The notes under the pieces are model-generated. The model made no database searches and was not told the origin of the DNA. It was given only the letters and a program-made list of their open reading frames with translations. Below are positions 1 through 10,400 of a stretch of 64,000 nucleotides of DNA, one piece after another. Within the stretch, counting starts at the first letter, position 1. Each line of letters opens with the position of its first letter. The stretch spans positions 14,331 through 78,330 of the forward strand of contig UQSG01000004.1 in NCBI GenBank assembly GCA_900543695.1. The letters are read 5' to 3'. The translations under genes and the position numbers were made by a program. This DNA comes from an uncultured Clostridium sp. Its GTDB lineage: Bacteria > Bacillota > Clostridia > UBA1212 > UBA1255.

Positions 1-385
1 ACCCGTCGTCGGCGGACGCGCTGTCCGCCAGCCGGTTATCGATTTCTTTCCAGCTTCCTGTTCCGTCCAGATAATGAACGGCTTCTTCGTAAGCAGCGGC
101 AGCATAAGAACCATCGGAAAGTCTGAAATATTTCGTATATTCATCGCGTAAGGACTCGTCCTCTCCCAAAACATACGGTTCCGACGCTGCAGCTTCGGAC
201 GGCTCCTCCGTAATTTCTGCAGGGATAACGCCGTTTTCTGCAGAATTTATGTACGAATCCTCCCTGAGCGCGCTGCGGAGCAGATCCGCCGCAGCAGCAG
301 CCGGGATCGCCTCGCTCAGCAATATAAATACCAATCCAAATGCAATCATGCGCAGAAAGCGTTTTTTTCCGGTTTGCTCCCTCAT
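1..385 (-). CDS. N-terminal part of a secreted protein (gene continues beyond the window start)
   Basis: Not in the ORF track (no stop in window). Own minus-strand translation from ATG 383-385, MREQTGKKRFLRMIAFGLVFILLSEAIPAAAAADLL..., stays open to position 1. It has a signal-peptide-like hydrophobic segment. '...GSWKEIDNRLAD' weakly resembles DNRLRE/RHS-type wall proteins. Confidence 0.5.
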   Translation of the reverse strand, partial: MREQTGKKRFLRMIAFGLVFILLSEAIPAAAAADLLRSALREDSYINSAENGVIPAEITEEPSEAAASEPYVLGEDESLRDEYTKYFRLSDGSYAAAAYEEAVHYLDGTGSWKEIDNRLADSASADDG

Positions 386-477
386 TTCTGACACTCCTTA
401 AAGCATAAAATTATTATATAATTTTGGTAAATTATGTCAGAAATTATATATTAATATAATTATGTTGTCAATATATT

Positions 478-786
478 TTATAAATATTTACTTTTATATT
501 CCATTCGTTTCTTGATCTCGCTGCGCTTTCTGAAATCCGAAATCGAGCGGATATTGTATTTCAGGCAGCAGTCCCGGCAGAGACAGATGTCGCCTTTTCG
601 CGTCAGACGCATAGTAACAGGAGCAAAATAACGGAAATACGTCCGGAATTTAACGCGGCCGCAGCAGGCGCAGCGCGGAAACAGCGCCGGGCGGAAAATT
701 ATGTAGACAGCGGTCAGCGACAAAATAATAAACAGGACGGCTTTTAAAAGATCGGACATCTGGCAGGCTCCCCTTACGGTTTTCAT
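478..786 (-). CDS. small membrane protein with a Cys-rich tail, function unknown
   Basis: 102-aa ORF with one hydrophobic helix (LLKAVLFIILSLTAVYIIF) followed by CACCGR...CLCRDCC. The true start may be the internal Met (MSDLL, about 759). Confidence 0.45.
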   Translation of the reverse strand: MKTVRGACQMSDLLKAVLFIILSLTAVYIIFRPALFPRCACCGRVKFRTYFRYFAPVTMRLTRKGDICLCRDCCLKYNIRSISDFRKRSEIKKRMEYKSKYL

Positions 787-874
787 TTCCTGTAAAACAT
801 ATGCATCCGCCGCAGGATTTATTCTGTCGAATTCCCGCGGCGGACACTGATCAAATTAAATTACCGTCCGATCA

Positions 875-1072
875 TTACTGATTTTTCGAACCCGTAAAAT
901 AGTTGTTTCCCGTATAGCTTTCGAATACCTTACGAACGATGTTTCCGCCGATCGTACCGGCTTCTCTGGAAGTCAGATCGCCGTTGTATCCTTCCTTAAG
1001 ATTCACGCCAGTTTCTTTTGCGATTTCATACTTAAGTTTATCAAAAGCAGTTTTGCTTTTACTATTAGACAT
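875..1072 (-). CDS. alpha/beta-type small acid-soluble spore protein
   Basis: 65 aa. KLKYEIAKETGVNL...TSREAGTIGGNIVRKV matches the conserved SASP alpha/beta core. Confidence 0.85.
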   Translation of the reverse strand: MSNSKSKTAFDKLKYEIAKETGVNLKEGYNGDLTSREAGTIGGNIVRKVFESYTGNNYFTGSKNQ

Positions 1073-1201
1073 AACTATTACCTCCTTAACCCGTATTTTT
1101 CCCGTAATAACAAGGAATACGGTCCGTCGTGACAGCTGTAATCCTACAGCTTTGTTACGACGATGTTATTATTCATCAATTTCGATATTATATGCTGGTA
1201 A

Positions 1202-1420
1202 TTATTCCCTGACAGCTTCTTCTCTGTTTCTGAACAGCAGACTGATGGAATAGATTCCTGCAACGCCTACTACAGAATAGATAATTCTGCTGACCGTAGA
1301 AGTAGCGCCTCCGAACAGCGCCGCTACAAAGTCAAATTGGAACAACCCGACAGAAAGCCAGACGATCGCGCCGATGATTACGAGAATCAGCGCAATGCGA
1401 TCCAAACCGTTTCTTGCCAT
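1202..1420 (-). CDS. DUF378-type small membrane protein
   Basis: 72 aa with two hydrophobic helices. LDRIALILVIIGAIVWLSVGLFQFDFVAALFGG is typical of DUF378. Confidence 0.7.
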   Translation of the reverse strand: MARNGLDRIALILVIIGAIVWLSVGLFQFDFVAALFGGATSTVSRIIYSVVGVAGIYSISLLFRNREEAVRE

Positions 1421-1578
1421 GGATCATCAGCTCCTTTCTGCAATATTTGCCGAATATAGCGGAATATACAAAAATTTGCAGATTTTTGCAGACACCGCCG
1501 CTATTAGAATTACCCAAAACGAGAAAATTATTACATGCGATTGCAAACCGAAAAAAAATAAACTACAATGATTTTGTT

Positions 1579-2307
1579 ATGAAAGCCTTCGTCATAAACG
1601 GCTCCGTCAGCCTGGAAACCAAACAATTCCTGCGTACGCAGGGACGCCTGATCGAGGCGCCCCGCTGCGCTCTGCTTCCGCCGCCCGAGCAGGGCCATGC
1701 CGATCTTCAATTTACAAAAATTGACGACCGGACGCTTGTCTGCGCGCCCGGGCTCGATTATGAAGCGCTTTTCCGGGGAAGCGGCATCCGTCTCGTCCGG
1801 GGCGAAACGCCGCTGGGAAACGCTTATCCGGAAAACATCCCGTATAATGTGCTCAAAGCAGGCAGGGTTTATTTTCATAATCCGAAGTATACCGATCCGC
1901 TCGTAAGAAAGATGCTGCTGCAAAGCGGATACTCCCTTTGTCCCGTCCGCCAGGGATATTGCGGCTGTTCCTCCGTATCGATCCCGCTCCGCAGCGGGAA
2001 GCTTCTGATTCTTTCCTCTGATCACGGAATCCTTTCCGCCGTTCGGAAGCTGCAGGATTCGGAGCTGTGCGCCGAATATTTTACCGATACGCAAAAAATC
2101 ATTTTGGACGGCTATAATCACGGTCTGATCGGAGGCTGCTGCGGTTTCGACAAAGAGCTTGGCCTTCTGGTTTACGGAAAGGTGGGCGGAGCGCTGCGGG
2201 AGCTTTCCGTCTCGTATGGGTTTTCCGTCGTTTCCGTATTTAACGGACCTCTGACTGACATCGGGGGGATACTCGTTATGTACCCAGATCAACCAGTCCA
2301 AGGCTGA
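1579..2307 (+). CDS. hypothetical protein (possibly DUF6873-like / GME-fold)
   Basis: The ORF track starts at 1414. ATG at 1579 (MKAFVINGS...) is more plausible because the upstream part overlaps the divergent DUF378 gene. The family assignment is from memory of YPENIPYN / RQGY..CS / GLIGGCCG-type motifs and is tentative. Confidence 0.5.
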   Translation: MKAFVINGSVSLETKQFLRTQGRLIEAPRCALLPPPEQGHADLQFTKIDDRTLVCAPGLDYEALFRGSGIRLVRGETPLGNAYPENIPYNVLKAGRVYFHNPKYTDPLVRKMLLQSGYSLCPVRQGYCGCSSVSIPLRSGKLLILSSDHGILSAVRKLQDSELCAEYFTDTQKIILDGYNHGLIGGCCGFDKELGLLVYGKVGGALRELSVSYGFSVVSVFNGPLTDIGGILVMYPDQPVQG

Positions 2308-2635
2308 CTTTCAGTGCGTAATCGATTTTCTTCATATTTTCCGAATCGATATGGCAGACTTTTTCACGAAGACGCTTCTTATCGATCGTCCGCAGCTGCT
2401 CCAGAAGAATGACGGAATCTCTGGCAATGCCGAACTGATCGGCTTTGATGGCAAGATGCGTCGGCAGCTTTGACTTATTGATCTGCGAGGTAATTGCGGC
2501 AACAATGACCGTAGGACTGTATTTATTTCCAATATCATTCTGCAGTACAAGTACCGGCCGGATTCCTCCCTGCTCGGAACCGACGACGGGGCTCAGGTCG
2601 GCGTAATAAATATCGCCACGCTTTACTGAAAGCAC
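2276..2635 (-). CDS. ndoA: MazF/EndoA-type mRNA interferase toxin
   Basis: [31 protein letters not shown]...TVIVAAITS is the PemK/MazF signature. It sits in the classical alr-ndoAI-ndoA arrangement. Confidence 0.9.
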   Translation of the reverse strand: MLSVKRGDIYYADLSPVVGSEQGGIRPVLVLQNDIGNKYSPTVIVAAITSQINKSKLPTHLAIKADQFGIARDSVILLEQLRTIDKKRLREKVCHIDSENMKKIDYALKVSLGLVDLGT

Positions 2636-2662
2636 AAAATCAACTCCGTTTCACGTTAAAAT

Positions 2663-2917
2663 TTATTCCTTTGTAAACCAGAGCTCCTGTTCCGCAGAAA
2701 AAAAGTCCTCCGAAATCGTGATATTGATTTCTGCCATTTCCTGATACCCCTGTATCATCTGATCTCGCAGATCCCGCTTTTCTCTCTCTTCGATGTAAAA
2801 CCGCATGGCGCTTTCGATACATTCGCTTCTGGTTATGTTCTCTTTCTCTGCGATCGAGTCCACCGTTTCCAGCAGGCCCTCCGGGAGTGTCAGCTCGATC
2901 CTTCTCGCTGCTGCCAT
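2663..2917 (-). CDS. ndoAI: ribbon-helix-helix antitoxin (EndoAI-like)
   Basis: MAAARRIELTLPEGLLETVDSIAEKENITRSECIESAMRFYIEE has the CopG/RHH pattern. ATG at 2915-2917 lies 6 nt after GGAGGG. It is immediately upstream of the toxin. Confidence 0.8.
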   Translation of the reverse strand: MAAARRIELTLPEGLLETVDSIAEKENITRSECIESAMRFYIEEREKRDLRDQMIQGYQEMAEINITISEDFFSAEQELWFTKE

Positions 2918-2991
2918 AAAAAGCCCTCCATTCACATTGTATCCATTTTTCAGAAGGAAATACACCGCAGGCCGGCATATTTCTAAAATTT

Positions 2992-4185
2992 TTATAGTAA
3001 TCGGTTCACGGTTTCAGCTACCAGGCCGTCTTTCAGAAAGATGCGCGGCACCCGCCGGCTCACGGCGCAGACCACCTCGTAATTGATCGTCCCCGCCAGC
3101 GCCGCAATTTCGTCTGCACTCGGCATTTTATCACAGTTTCCGCCGAAAAGCACGACCGAATCCCCCGGCTCCACCGGTCCGCATTGCCGCGCCTGCGTAA
3201 CGTCGGCCAGCATCTGATCCATGCAGACTCTGCCCACCACACGTGCCCGCACGCCCGTTTTTTCATGCAAGACAGAAGCGCGATTTCCCAAAACCCGAAA
3301 ATAGCCGTCCGCATATCCTGCCGGAATCGTCGCAATCACAGCAGGCTCGTGCGTACAATACGTCCTGCCATAGCTGAGGCTGCTGCCCGGCTCTACGCTT
3401 TTGACATGAGAAATTGCGGATTTCAGCGTCATGACAGGCCGGAGATCCGCACCGCAGGCCTTTAAATCCTCAGAAGGCCATAATCCATAAAGTATGATGC
3501 CGGCGCGCACCAGGTCCAGATGCATGTGCGGAAACCGGAGAATTGCCGCGCTGTTTGCCGCATGCCTGAGCGGTATATGTATATGACGTTCCCGCTCAAT
3601 TCTTTCACACGTTTCGCAAAACGTTCTGTATTGCCGCTCCGTATACCGGTCCGCGTCCTCCGAGGATTCGTCCGCCACCGCGAAATGGGTAAAAATACCT
3701 TCTATTTCAATTCCATCCAGCCTGGCGATCCGTTCTGCTTCTGCCGGAGCCTGTTCCGGGGAAAAGCCGATTCGGCCCATTCCCGTATCGATTTTGAGAT
3801 GAATCCTCGCCCTCTTGCCAAGCCTGCCTGCCGCTTCAGAAAGCCTGCGCGCCATATCGTAAGAAGATACTGCCTGCCGGACATCGCAGGCGACCACCGT
3901 TTCCGCGCATTCCGGCTCATTGTCGCTGAGGATCAGAATCGGAGCTTTTATGTCCTTCCTTCGGAGCTCTATCGCTTCCTCGAGCATCGCTACCGCCAGC
4001 CAGGATGCTCCGTGCGCCAAGGCTTCTCGCGCGACCTGCGGCGCGCCGTGTCCGTATGCATCCGCCTTTACGACGGCCATAATTTGCGCGGTCCTGTCCG
4101 TATGCCTGCGAATTTCCCGCAGATTATGCGCGATCGCGTCAAGATCAATCTCCGCCCAGGTTCTGTGCGTTCGGTCAGCCGCCAT
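2992..4185 (-). CDS. alr: alanine racemase
   Basis: 397 aa with the PLP-lysine motif AVVKADAYGHG and ...GRVCMDQ near the C-terminus. Confidence 0.95.
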   Translation of the reverse strand: MAADRTHRTWAEIDLDAIAHNLREIRRHTDRTAQIMAVVKADAYGHGAPQVAREALAHGASWLAVAMLEEAIELRRKDIKAPILILSDNEPECAETVVACDVRQAVSSYDMARRLSEAAGRLGKRARIHLKIDTGMGRIGFSPEQAPAEAERIARLDGIEIEGIFTHFAVADESSEDADRYTERQYRTFCETCERIERERHIHIPLRHAANSAAILRFPHMHLDLVRAGIILYGLWPSEDLKACGADLRPVMTLKSAISHVKSVEPGSSLSYGRTYCTHEPAVIATIPAGYADGYFRVLGNRASVLHEKTGVRARVVGRVCMDQMLADVTQARQCGPVEPGDSVVLFGGNCDKMPSADEIAALAGTINYEVVCAVSRRVPRIFLKDGLVAETVNRLL

Positions 4186-5110
4186 ATTGATGCACCTCTT
4201 TCAGCATTTCCGTCAGATCTCCCGCTTTTACAGCACGCTGCCCGTACCGCCTGGCTGCGAGATCCCCGCAGATTCCGTGGATATATACGCCGCACCGCAC
4301 CAGATCAAAGAAACGGCGATCAGAATCCGAGGGGCTTTCGCCGCAATCAGAGGCCAAAATTCCCGCCAGAATTCCCGCCAGAACGTCTCCGCTTCCGCCC
4401 GTCGCCATTCCCGGATTACCGCTGTCGTTAACTGCTAAGAGAACCTCCTTTGTCGGCAAAACATCGGCAATAACGGTTCCGCTGCCCTTCAGGACCGTGA
4501 CAGCTCCCGTCATTCCTGCAGTCTCAAGCGCCGCGCGTTTTCTGTCGCGGCCGATTTCATCCAGCGGAATCCCCGTCAGCCTCGACAGCTCCGCTGCATG
4601 GGGCGTCAGGACAAGGCGTCCGGCTCCAGCCGAACGTATCAGGCGTCCTGCCTGCCCGCGGTATGCGTTCAGGCCATCTGCATCAAGCACGATTGCGGCT
4701 CCGGAGCCATCCAGCTCCTCCATGAGCCCGTACACAAAGCGTTCCGTATCAGGCAGACGCCCAAGTCCGGGCCCGATCACCACGACACAGCGTCCGGGAG
4801 CAGCTTTTATAGCTTTGGCGATCCGGGAAGCATGACGCTCCCGAAAGCAAAAATCAGACCCGTCCCCTACCTTTATCTTCACGGCTTCCCTGCACGCCAT
4901 TTCATAAACCGGCAAAAGTCCGCCCGGTGCGAAAAGATAGACAAGACCTGCACCGGCGCGCAGCGCGCTTTCCGCGCAGAGCAAGGCGGCGCCCGTCATG
5001 CCCTCCGAGCCGGCGGCAATAAAAACACGGCCGTAATCCCCTTTATGCGTGAGCGGATCCCGCTGGGCATTATAATAAGCCAGCAGCTCACAATTTTTAT
5101 TTGTGTCCAT
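4175..5110 (-). CDS. nnrD: ADP-dependent NAD(P)H-hydrate dehydratase (stand-alone YjeF C-terminal domain)
   Basis: HKGDYGRVFIAAGSEGMTGAALL...GPGLG...TPH..E...GGSGDVLAG motifs. Start moved to ATG 5108-5110 (MDTNKN). Confidence 0.85.
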   Translation of the reverse strand: MDTNKNCELLAYYNAQRDPLTHKGDYGRVFIAAGSEGMTGAALLCAESALRAGAGLVYLFAPGGLLPVYEMACREAVKIKVGDGSDFCFRERHASRIAKAIKAAPGRCVVVIGPGLGRLPDTERFVYGLMEELDGSGAAIVLDADGLNAYRGQAGRLIRSAGAGRLVLTPHAAELSRLTGIPLDEIGRDRKRAALETAGMTGAVTVLKGSGTVIADVLPTKEVLLAVNDSGNPGMATGGSGDVLAGILAGILASDCGESPSDSDRRFFDLVRCGVYIHGICGDLAARRYGQRAVKAGDLTEMLKEVHQYGG

Positions 5111-5148
5111 CGCAGGTTTTCTCCCCTTCTGCCTTCCCGCCGGCCGGA

Positions 5149-5508
5149 TTATTTTTTCTTGCGGATCCACTGTACGACGGCCTCTACCACAAAGAAAAGG
5201 CAAAACAGGAAAATCGCCAGCATGAATACGATTTCTCCTGCGCTGTTGCCCGTGCTGTCGGGCGTGCCGTCGAATGCCTCGACCTGACCTTTATCGTAAT
5301 ACGTTCCTCCGGCGGGAGTAATGCCCTGCGTCGCTTCCGGCGAAGCCGAAGCGGCGGCCTCCGATGTGGAGGCAGGCTCAATCAGCGCAGGCGTAGCGTC
5401 AGCAATAGACGGGGAAGCCGTCTCCGCCTGCGCGCAAAACAGAAAGCCAAAGCACAAAAGCAGCGCGAGTGCAAAAGAGGAAAAAGACTGATACCATATC
5501 CGTTTCAT
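5149..5508 (-). CDS. small secreted / C-terminally anchored protein, unknown function
   Basis: 119 aa with an N-terminal signal-like segment (...LLLCFGFLFCAQAE), a low-complexity A/S/T/P middle and a C-terminal TM helix followed by RKKK. Confidence 0.5.
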   Translation of the reverse strand: MKRIWYQSFSSFALALLLCFGFLFCAQAETASPSIADATPALIEPASTSEAAASASPEATQGITPAGGTYYDKGQVEAFDGTPDSTGNSAGEIVFMLAIFLFCLFFVVEAVVQWIRKKK

Positions 5509-5543
5509 AAAATCACCGCTTCCCAGAAAATGTCAATCTCATT

Positions 5544-6341
5544 TTACACGAAATGATTAGCTAATACAACAGCCGCCAAAAGCGCCGCTGTTATAATAAC
5601 CAAAATAAGATCTATATATGTGAATTTCAGCACTTTGAATTTCGTTCTTCCCTCTCCGCCCCGATAGCACCTGGCGTTCATTGCCGTAGCCAGCTCTTCC
5701 GCCTTTCGCCACGCGCTGATAAACAGCGGAATCAGAATCGGGATATAGCTTTTGATTTTACTGATCAGATTTTTACTGTCGAAATCCGAGCCGCGCGCCA
5801 GCTGGGCTTTCATAATCCGATCCGTTTCATCCATGAAGGTCGGGATAAAGCGCAGCGCGATGCTCATCATCATGGCGATTTCATGTACGGGGAAGCGGAT
5901 TTTCTTCAGAGGCGAGAACAGGCTTTCCAGGCCGTCCGTCAGCATCACCGAGGTTGTGGTATACGTAAGTACGGACGAGCCAAGCACCAGCAGAACGATT
6001 CGAAGCACCATTCTGAGCGCGAACAATGCGGATTCCTTATAAATCGTTATTTTCCAGATTTCAATCCATACGGTAGTTCCCCGGTAGAAAAACAGGTTCA
6101 GAAGCGCAGTCAATACCATCATAATGATAAGCGGGCGCAGGCTGCGAAGGATTTTTCCGACGTTGATCCGCGCGCATACATAAGCTGCGCCAAGATAAAG
6201 CGCAGCAGCAAGATACGCGGCGTAATTGTCCGCAATCATAACCACGACCATGTATGCGAATGTCAGAACGAATTTGGTCCGCGGATCCGCCCTGTGAAGC
6301 GCGGACGTTCCGGGCACATATTGGCCGATCGCAATCCTCAT
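5544..6341 (-). CDS. ecfT: ECF transporter transmembrane (T) component
   Basis: 265-aa polytopic protein with the ARG.. coupling motif region (AQLARGSDF), directly downstream of two ECF ATPase genes. Confidence 0.9.
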   Translation of the reverse strand: MRIAIGQYVPGTSALHRADPRTKFVLTFAYMVVVMIADNYAAYLAAALYLGAAYVCARINVGKILRSLRPLIIMMVLTALLNLFFYRGTTVWIEIWKITIYKESALFALRMVLRIVLLVLGSSVLTYTTTSVMLTDGLESLFSPLKKIRFPVHEIAMMMSIALRFIPTFMDETDRIMKAQLARGSDFDSKNLISKIKSYIPILIPLFISAWRKAEELATAMNARCYRGGEGRTKFKVLKFTYIDLILVIITAALLAAVVLANHFV

Positions 6342-7213
6342 AGATCTGTTCCTCCCGTACCCCGCCGTATTCCCAGAAGACGCAGAATTTCTTCCGCTCC
6401 CTCTTCCACGGTAAAAATTTCTTTTCGGATCCCGCTTTCCGGCAGAAGCCCGCCAAGCCGGTGGAAAAGACTTGTCATCTGCGGAACGGTCAAGCCGATT
6501 TGATTCAGCCGCTGCTCGTTCCGGAAAACCTCGCGCGGCGTTCCCATCATTTCCAGCTTTCCTTCATTCAGTACGATAACTTTGTCGGCCAGCTTTGCAA
6601 TATCCTCCATACTGTGAGAGACCAGGATCACCGTAATGCCGTTGTCATCCCGCAGGCGTTTTGCAAATTGTAAAATATCGTCGCGCCCTGCCGGATCCAG
6701 CCCCGCCGCGGGTTCGTCCAGCACGAGAATTTCCGGATTCATCACAATAATCCCTGCGATTGCGGCGCGGCGTTTCTGTCCTCCGGAAAGATCATAGATG
6801 GAATTCTCCAGAAGGTCCTCCGAAAGTCCTGTTTTTTCTGCCGCGTCGAGCACTCTCCTGTATTCTTCCTCATGAGAAAGGCCCTCGGAACGGATTCCAA
6901 ACGCGATGTCTTTATAAACCGTCGACTCAAAGAGCTGATATTCGGGATATTGAAACACAAGTCCGACCTGCTTCCGCATTTCTTTTATGTTCGAGTGGTT
7001 CATCAGCTTCCCGTCAATATAAATATTGCCCTCCTCCGGCTTGAGCAGGCCGTTGAAATGCTGTACGAGCGTTGATTTTCCGCAGCCCGTGTGTCCGATG
7101 ATTCCGACGAATTCCCCGGTTTCTATTTCGAACGTAACGTTGTCCAGAGCTTTTTTTTCAAACGGCGTCCCTTTCATATACGTATAAGATAAAGCTTCGA
7201 CTTTCAGCGACAT
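6338..7213 (-). CDS. ecfA2: ECF transporter ATPase component 2
   Basis: ABC ATPase with GHTGCGKST (Walker A), LSGGQKRR (signature) and ILVLDEP (Walker B). Second of the tandem pair after rplQ. Confidence 0.9.
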   Translation of the reverse strand: MSLKVEALSYTYMKGTPFEKKALDNVTFEIETGEFVGIIGHTGCGKSTLVQHFNGLLKPEEGNIYIDGKLMNHSNIKEMRKQVGLVFQYPEYQLFESTVYKDIAFGIRSEGLSHEEEYRRVLDAAEKTGLSEDLLENSIYDLSGGQKRRAAIAGIIVMNPEILVLDEPAAGLDPAGRDDILQFAKRLRDDNGITVILVSHSMEDIAKLADKVIVLNEGKLEMMGTPREVFRNEQRLNQIGLTVPQMTSLFHRLGGLLPESGIRKEIFTVEEGAEEILRLLGIRRGTGGTDL

Positions 7214-8109
7214 GATTCCACCTCGTTCTTCCTAAGAAGCGCTGTCAGTACCTCAAGGCCTTCTTCTACCGTAATCACGTCGCCGGGCACAGGCAGGCCG
7301 TGCTGCTTCAGGAGATGCATCAGCGCCGTAATCTGAGGCACCTCCAAGCCGGCCGCCCGGACGCGTTCTACATCAGAAAAAAGTTCTCTGGGCGTCGTGT
7401 CTGCCAAAATCCGGGCTCTGTCAATTAAAATGACTCTGTCTGCGCGGGCAACCTCATCCATGTGATGCGTAATGTGTACAATCGTAATGTTCTGCTCCCG
7501 ATTCAGCTTTTCGACCAGTGCCAGAACTTCTCTGCGCCCGATCGGATCCAGCATGGCCGTTGCTTCATCCAGCACGATGCAGTCCGGCTGCATTGCGATA
7601 ATTCCTGCAATTGCACATCTCTGCTTCTGTCCGCCGGAAAGCAGATGCGGTTCTGTTTTTCGTTCTTTTCCCAGTTTTACAGTTTCAAGCGCCCAATCCA
7701 TGCGGCGGAGCATTTCACTGCGCGGGACGCCAAGATTTTCCATTCCAAACGCGACATCCTCTTCCACGGAGGTTCCGACGATCTGGTTGTCGGGATTCTG
7801 AAATACCATGCCGACATGACTTCGGATTTCCCAGATCATCTCTTCCCTGCTTGTGTCAATCTCATTAACATAGACAACGCCCTCGGAAGGAAGCAGGAGT
7901 GCGTTCATGGTGCGGGCAAGCGTAGATTTTCCCGAACCGTTTCTCCCGACAATCGCTACGAACTCGCCCTTTTGAATCGTAAAATCGGCATGCTCCACGG
8001 CATAATGAATTCTTTGCGGAACGACCGGCTGCTTTTGGGACTGCTGCTCGTCCTCCTCCGTTTCGTCATAGGTATAGGAAACATTTTCAAATCTGATAAA
8101 ATCCGCCAT
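7204..8109 (-). CDS. ecfA1: ECF transporter ATPase component 1
   Basis: GRNGSGKST, LSGGQKQR and IVLDEATAMLD motifs. First ATPase after rplQ, as in other Firmicutes. Confidence 0.9.
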   Translation of the reverse strand: MADFIRFENVSYTYDETEEDEQQSQKQPVVPQRIHYAVEHADFTIQKGEFVAIVGRNGSGKSTLARTMNALLLPSEGVVYVNEIDTSREEMIWEIRSHVGMVFQNPDNQIVGTSVEEDVAFGMENLGVPRSEMLRRMDWALETVKLGKERKTEPHLLSGGQKQRCAIAGIIAMQPDCIVLDEATAMLDPIGRREVLALVEKLNREQNITIVHITHHMDEVARADRVILIDRARILADTTPRELFSDVERVRAAGLEVPQITALMHLLKQHGLPVPGDVITVEEGLEVLTALLRKNEVESCR

Positions 8110-8125
8110 TACAAAAACCCCTGTT

Positions 8126-8162
8126 GGAAAAAACGGGGATTATCTCAGAAGACAATCCCCGT
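8126..8162 (-). terminator. intrinsic terminator downstream of rplQ
   Basis: Minus strand: ACGGGGATT-(12 nt loop)-AATCCCCGT followed by TTTTTTCC. 9-bp GC-rich stem. Confidence 0.7.
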
Positions 8163-8189
8163 TTCAAGCTCTTTATAAAGCCTGCCTCA

Positions 8190-8714
8190 TTATACTAATT
8201 CCAATATCGCCATCGGAGCCGCATCGCCGCGTCTCGGTCCCGTTTTATAGATCCTTGTATATCCGCCTTTACGATCTTTGTATTTGGGAGCGATTTCGTC
8301 AAAAAGCTTGTTTACGATGTTCAGGTTCTTGCCTTCTGCGTCTTTGACCTTGTATACCCACTCAATCGCCTGCTTTCTGGCTGCAAGGCGCTGCGGATTG
8401 TCGATCCGAACCAACTCCGTCTTGATTTCACGGTCGGCAAATTTCGTATATTTCCTTCCGTTCTTTGAAGTCACGACCGTTGTCTGCCGCTTTCCCTTCG
8501 AATCTACGGGAACGCTGCTTACCTTGACCTGTCTCGTCGTGAAATTATCGGCCTCCCGAACCGCTTTGGCGATAATTTTTTCCGTAATGCTCTGTACTTC
8601 TCTGGCCCGTGTTTCCGTGGTTACAATCGATCCGTTCTGCAAAAGCGCCGTTACAAGGCCCTTCAGCATCGCTTTTCTTTTATCCGCGGAGCGGCCAAGC
8701 TTTCTATATGCCAT
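8190..8714 (-). CDS. rplQ: 50S ribosomal protein L17 (with internal insertion)
   Basis: MAYRKLGRSADKRKAMLKGL...GGYTRIYKTGPRRGDAAPMAILELV. At 174 aa it is longer than the ~115-130 aa typical of bL17. Confidence 0.9.
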   Translation of the reverse strand: MAYRKLGRSADKRKAMLKGLVTALLQNGSIVTTETRAREVQSITEKIIAKAVREADNFTTRQVKVSSVPVDSKGKRQTTVVTSKNGRKYTKFADREIKTELVRIDNPQRLAARKQAIEWVYKVKDAEGKNLNIVNKLFDEIAPKYKDRKGGYTRIYKTGPRRGDAAPMAILELV

Positions 8715-8749
8715 TTGAATATACCCTCCTGTCTAATGTGTCTGTGACC

Positions 8750-9709
8750 TCATTCGTCTTCTTTTCTGAGCGAAAGTCCGAGAGATTCCAGCTTCTGGAT
8801 CACTTCTTCCAGAGACTTCCTGCCGAGATTCCGCACTTTCATCATCTCTTCCTCCGTCTTGTCCGCCAGATCGCCTACCGTATTTACGGAAGCGCGCTTC
8901 AGACAATTGTAAGAGCGAACGGAAAGATCAAGGTCCTCTATATTCATTTCCAATATTTTTTCAGTCTTTCCCGAAAGATCCTTCTCTACGACGACATGCT
9001 TTGTTTCTTTTTCCTCGTCGAGGTTTACAAAGAGAGAAAATTGATCGATAAGGATTTTCGCGCTTTCGCTGATGGCCTCCTTCGGCGTCATTGCGCCGTT
9101 CGTCCAGACTTCGAGCGTTAATTTGTCGTAATCCGTCACGTTTCCGACGCGCGTATTCTCAACGTTATAATTGACCTTCGGCACCGGCGAGAAAAGGGAA
9201 TCGATCGGAATGACGCTGAAAGGCATATTCGGCGTTTTATTCTTATCTGCCGGCCGCCAGCCGGTCGACGTGCCGACCTCCAGCTCGACGGAGAACTCCG
9301 CGTCGCCGTTCAGCGTAGCGATGTGCTGCTCGGGATTCAATACCTCAATATCAGAGTCGCAAACAATATCAGCCGCCGTCACTTCACCCTTCTCGGATTT
9401 CGAGATGCTTACGATTTTTGTGGCTTCGGGATCATTCGAATAGATCTTAAACGCAACAGACTTTATATTCAGTATAATTTCCGTTACGTCTTCGACAACG
9501 CCAGGTATCGTCGTAAATTCATGACACGCGCCTTTGATTTTGATATTTAATGCCGCAGAGCCCGGCAAAGACGAAAGAAGTATCCGCCTGAGTGAATTTC
9601 CCAATGTTATTCCGTATCCTCTTTCAAGGGGCTCAACGACAAATTTGCCGTAACGGTCAAATTCATCTGTCGCCACGCATTCTATTCTCGGCTTTACAAT
9701 TTCATTCAC
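8750..9709 (-). CDS. rpoA: DNA-directed RNA polymerase alpha subunit
   Basis: 319 aa. [20 protein letters not shown] plus a C-terminal domain ...[14 protein letters not shown]. Confidence 0.97.
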   Translation of the reverse strand: MNEIVKPRIECVATDEFDRYGKFVVEPLERGYGITLGNSLRRILLSSLPGSAALNIKIKGACHEFTTIPGVVEDVTEIILNIKSVAFKIYSNDPEATKIVSISKSEKGEVTAADIVCDSDIEVLNPEQHIATLNGDAEFSVELEVGTSTGWRPADKNKTPNMPFSVIPIDSLFSPVPKVNYNVENTRVGNVTDYDKLTLEVWTNGAMTPKEAISESAKILIDQFSLFVNLDEEKETKHVVVEKDLSGKTEKILEMNIEDLDLSVRSYNCLKRASVNTVGDLADKTEEEMMKVRNLGRKSLEEVIQKLESLGLSLRKEDE

Positions 9710-9748
9710 GGTAATCCCTCCTTGGAATGTAGCTACTCACGGCGAACA

Positions 9749-10381
9749 TTATTTATTGTACAATTCTACGATGAGATGCTCCTGTACAGGTAAATCAATA
9801 TCCTCACGCTTCGGATACGTCAGCACGGTTCCCTGCAGCTTATCCGCATCGAAGGAAAGCCATTCCGGAATCGCACGGCCGCTTGTAACATTCAGAATTT
9901 CCGCAATTCTGCCGTTCGTCCTGCTTTTATCACAGACGGCAATCACGTCGTTTGCGGAAACAAGGAAAGAAGGAATATTGACACGTTTGCCGTTCACTGT
10001 AAAATGCCCATGCAAAACGAGCTGTCTTGCCTCCGCTCTGGAGGAGCCGAGTCCAAGGCGATACACGACGTTATCCAGTCTTCTTTCCAGCAGAACTAAA
10101 AGGTTTTCACCCGTCACTCCGCTTTTTTTGCTTGCCATTACAAAATATGTGTGGAACTGTTTTTCCAGGATACCGTAATATCTTTTTGTTTTTTGTTTTT
10201 CTCTGAGCTGCAGGCAGTATTCGGACTGCTTTTTCCGGGCCTGTCCGTGCTGACCGGGGGCGTAGCCTCTCTTCGGTCTGGAAATCGCACATTTCTCCGT
10301 ATAGCATCTTGTACCCTTCAGAAAAAGCTTTTCGCCCTCTCTTCTGCAAAGTCTGCAGGACGCGTCATTATATTTCGCCAT
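9749..10381 (-). CDS. rpsD: 30S ribosomal protein S4
   Basis: [31 protein letters not shown]...[13 protein letters not shown]. Confidence 0.97.
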   Translation of the reverse strand: MAKYNDASCRLCRREGEKLFLKGTRCYTEKCAISRPKRGYAPGQHGQARKKQSEYCLQLREKQKTKRYYGILEKQFHTYFVMASKKSGVTGENLLVLLERRLDNVVYRLGLGSSRAEARQLVLHGHFTVNGKRVNIPSFLVSANDVIAVCDKSRTNGRIAEILNVTSGRAIPEWLSFDADKLQGTVLTYPKREDIDLPVQEHLIVELYNK

Positions 10382-10400
10382 TGCATTACACCTCCGTTAA

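Noticed and set aside
787-874. Hairpin CCGCCGC...(23 nt)...GCGGCGG as the terminator of the SASP gene
   Set aside because: The loop is long and no U-tract follows on the minus strand, so it is not supported as an intrinsic terminator.
2276-2307. 32-nt convergent overlap between the 3' ends of the 1579-2307(+) gene and ndoA(-)
   Set aside because: The overlap is real in the sequence, but it is a common consequence of compact convergent genes. There is no evidence for antisense regulation.
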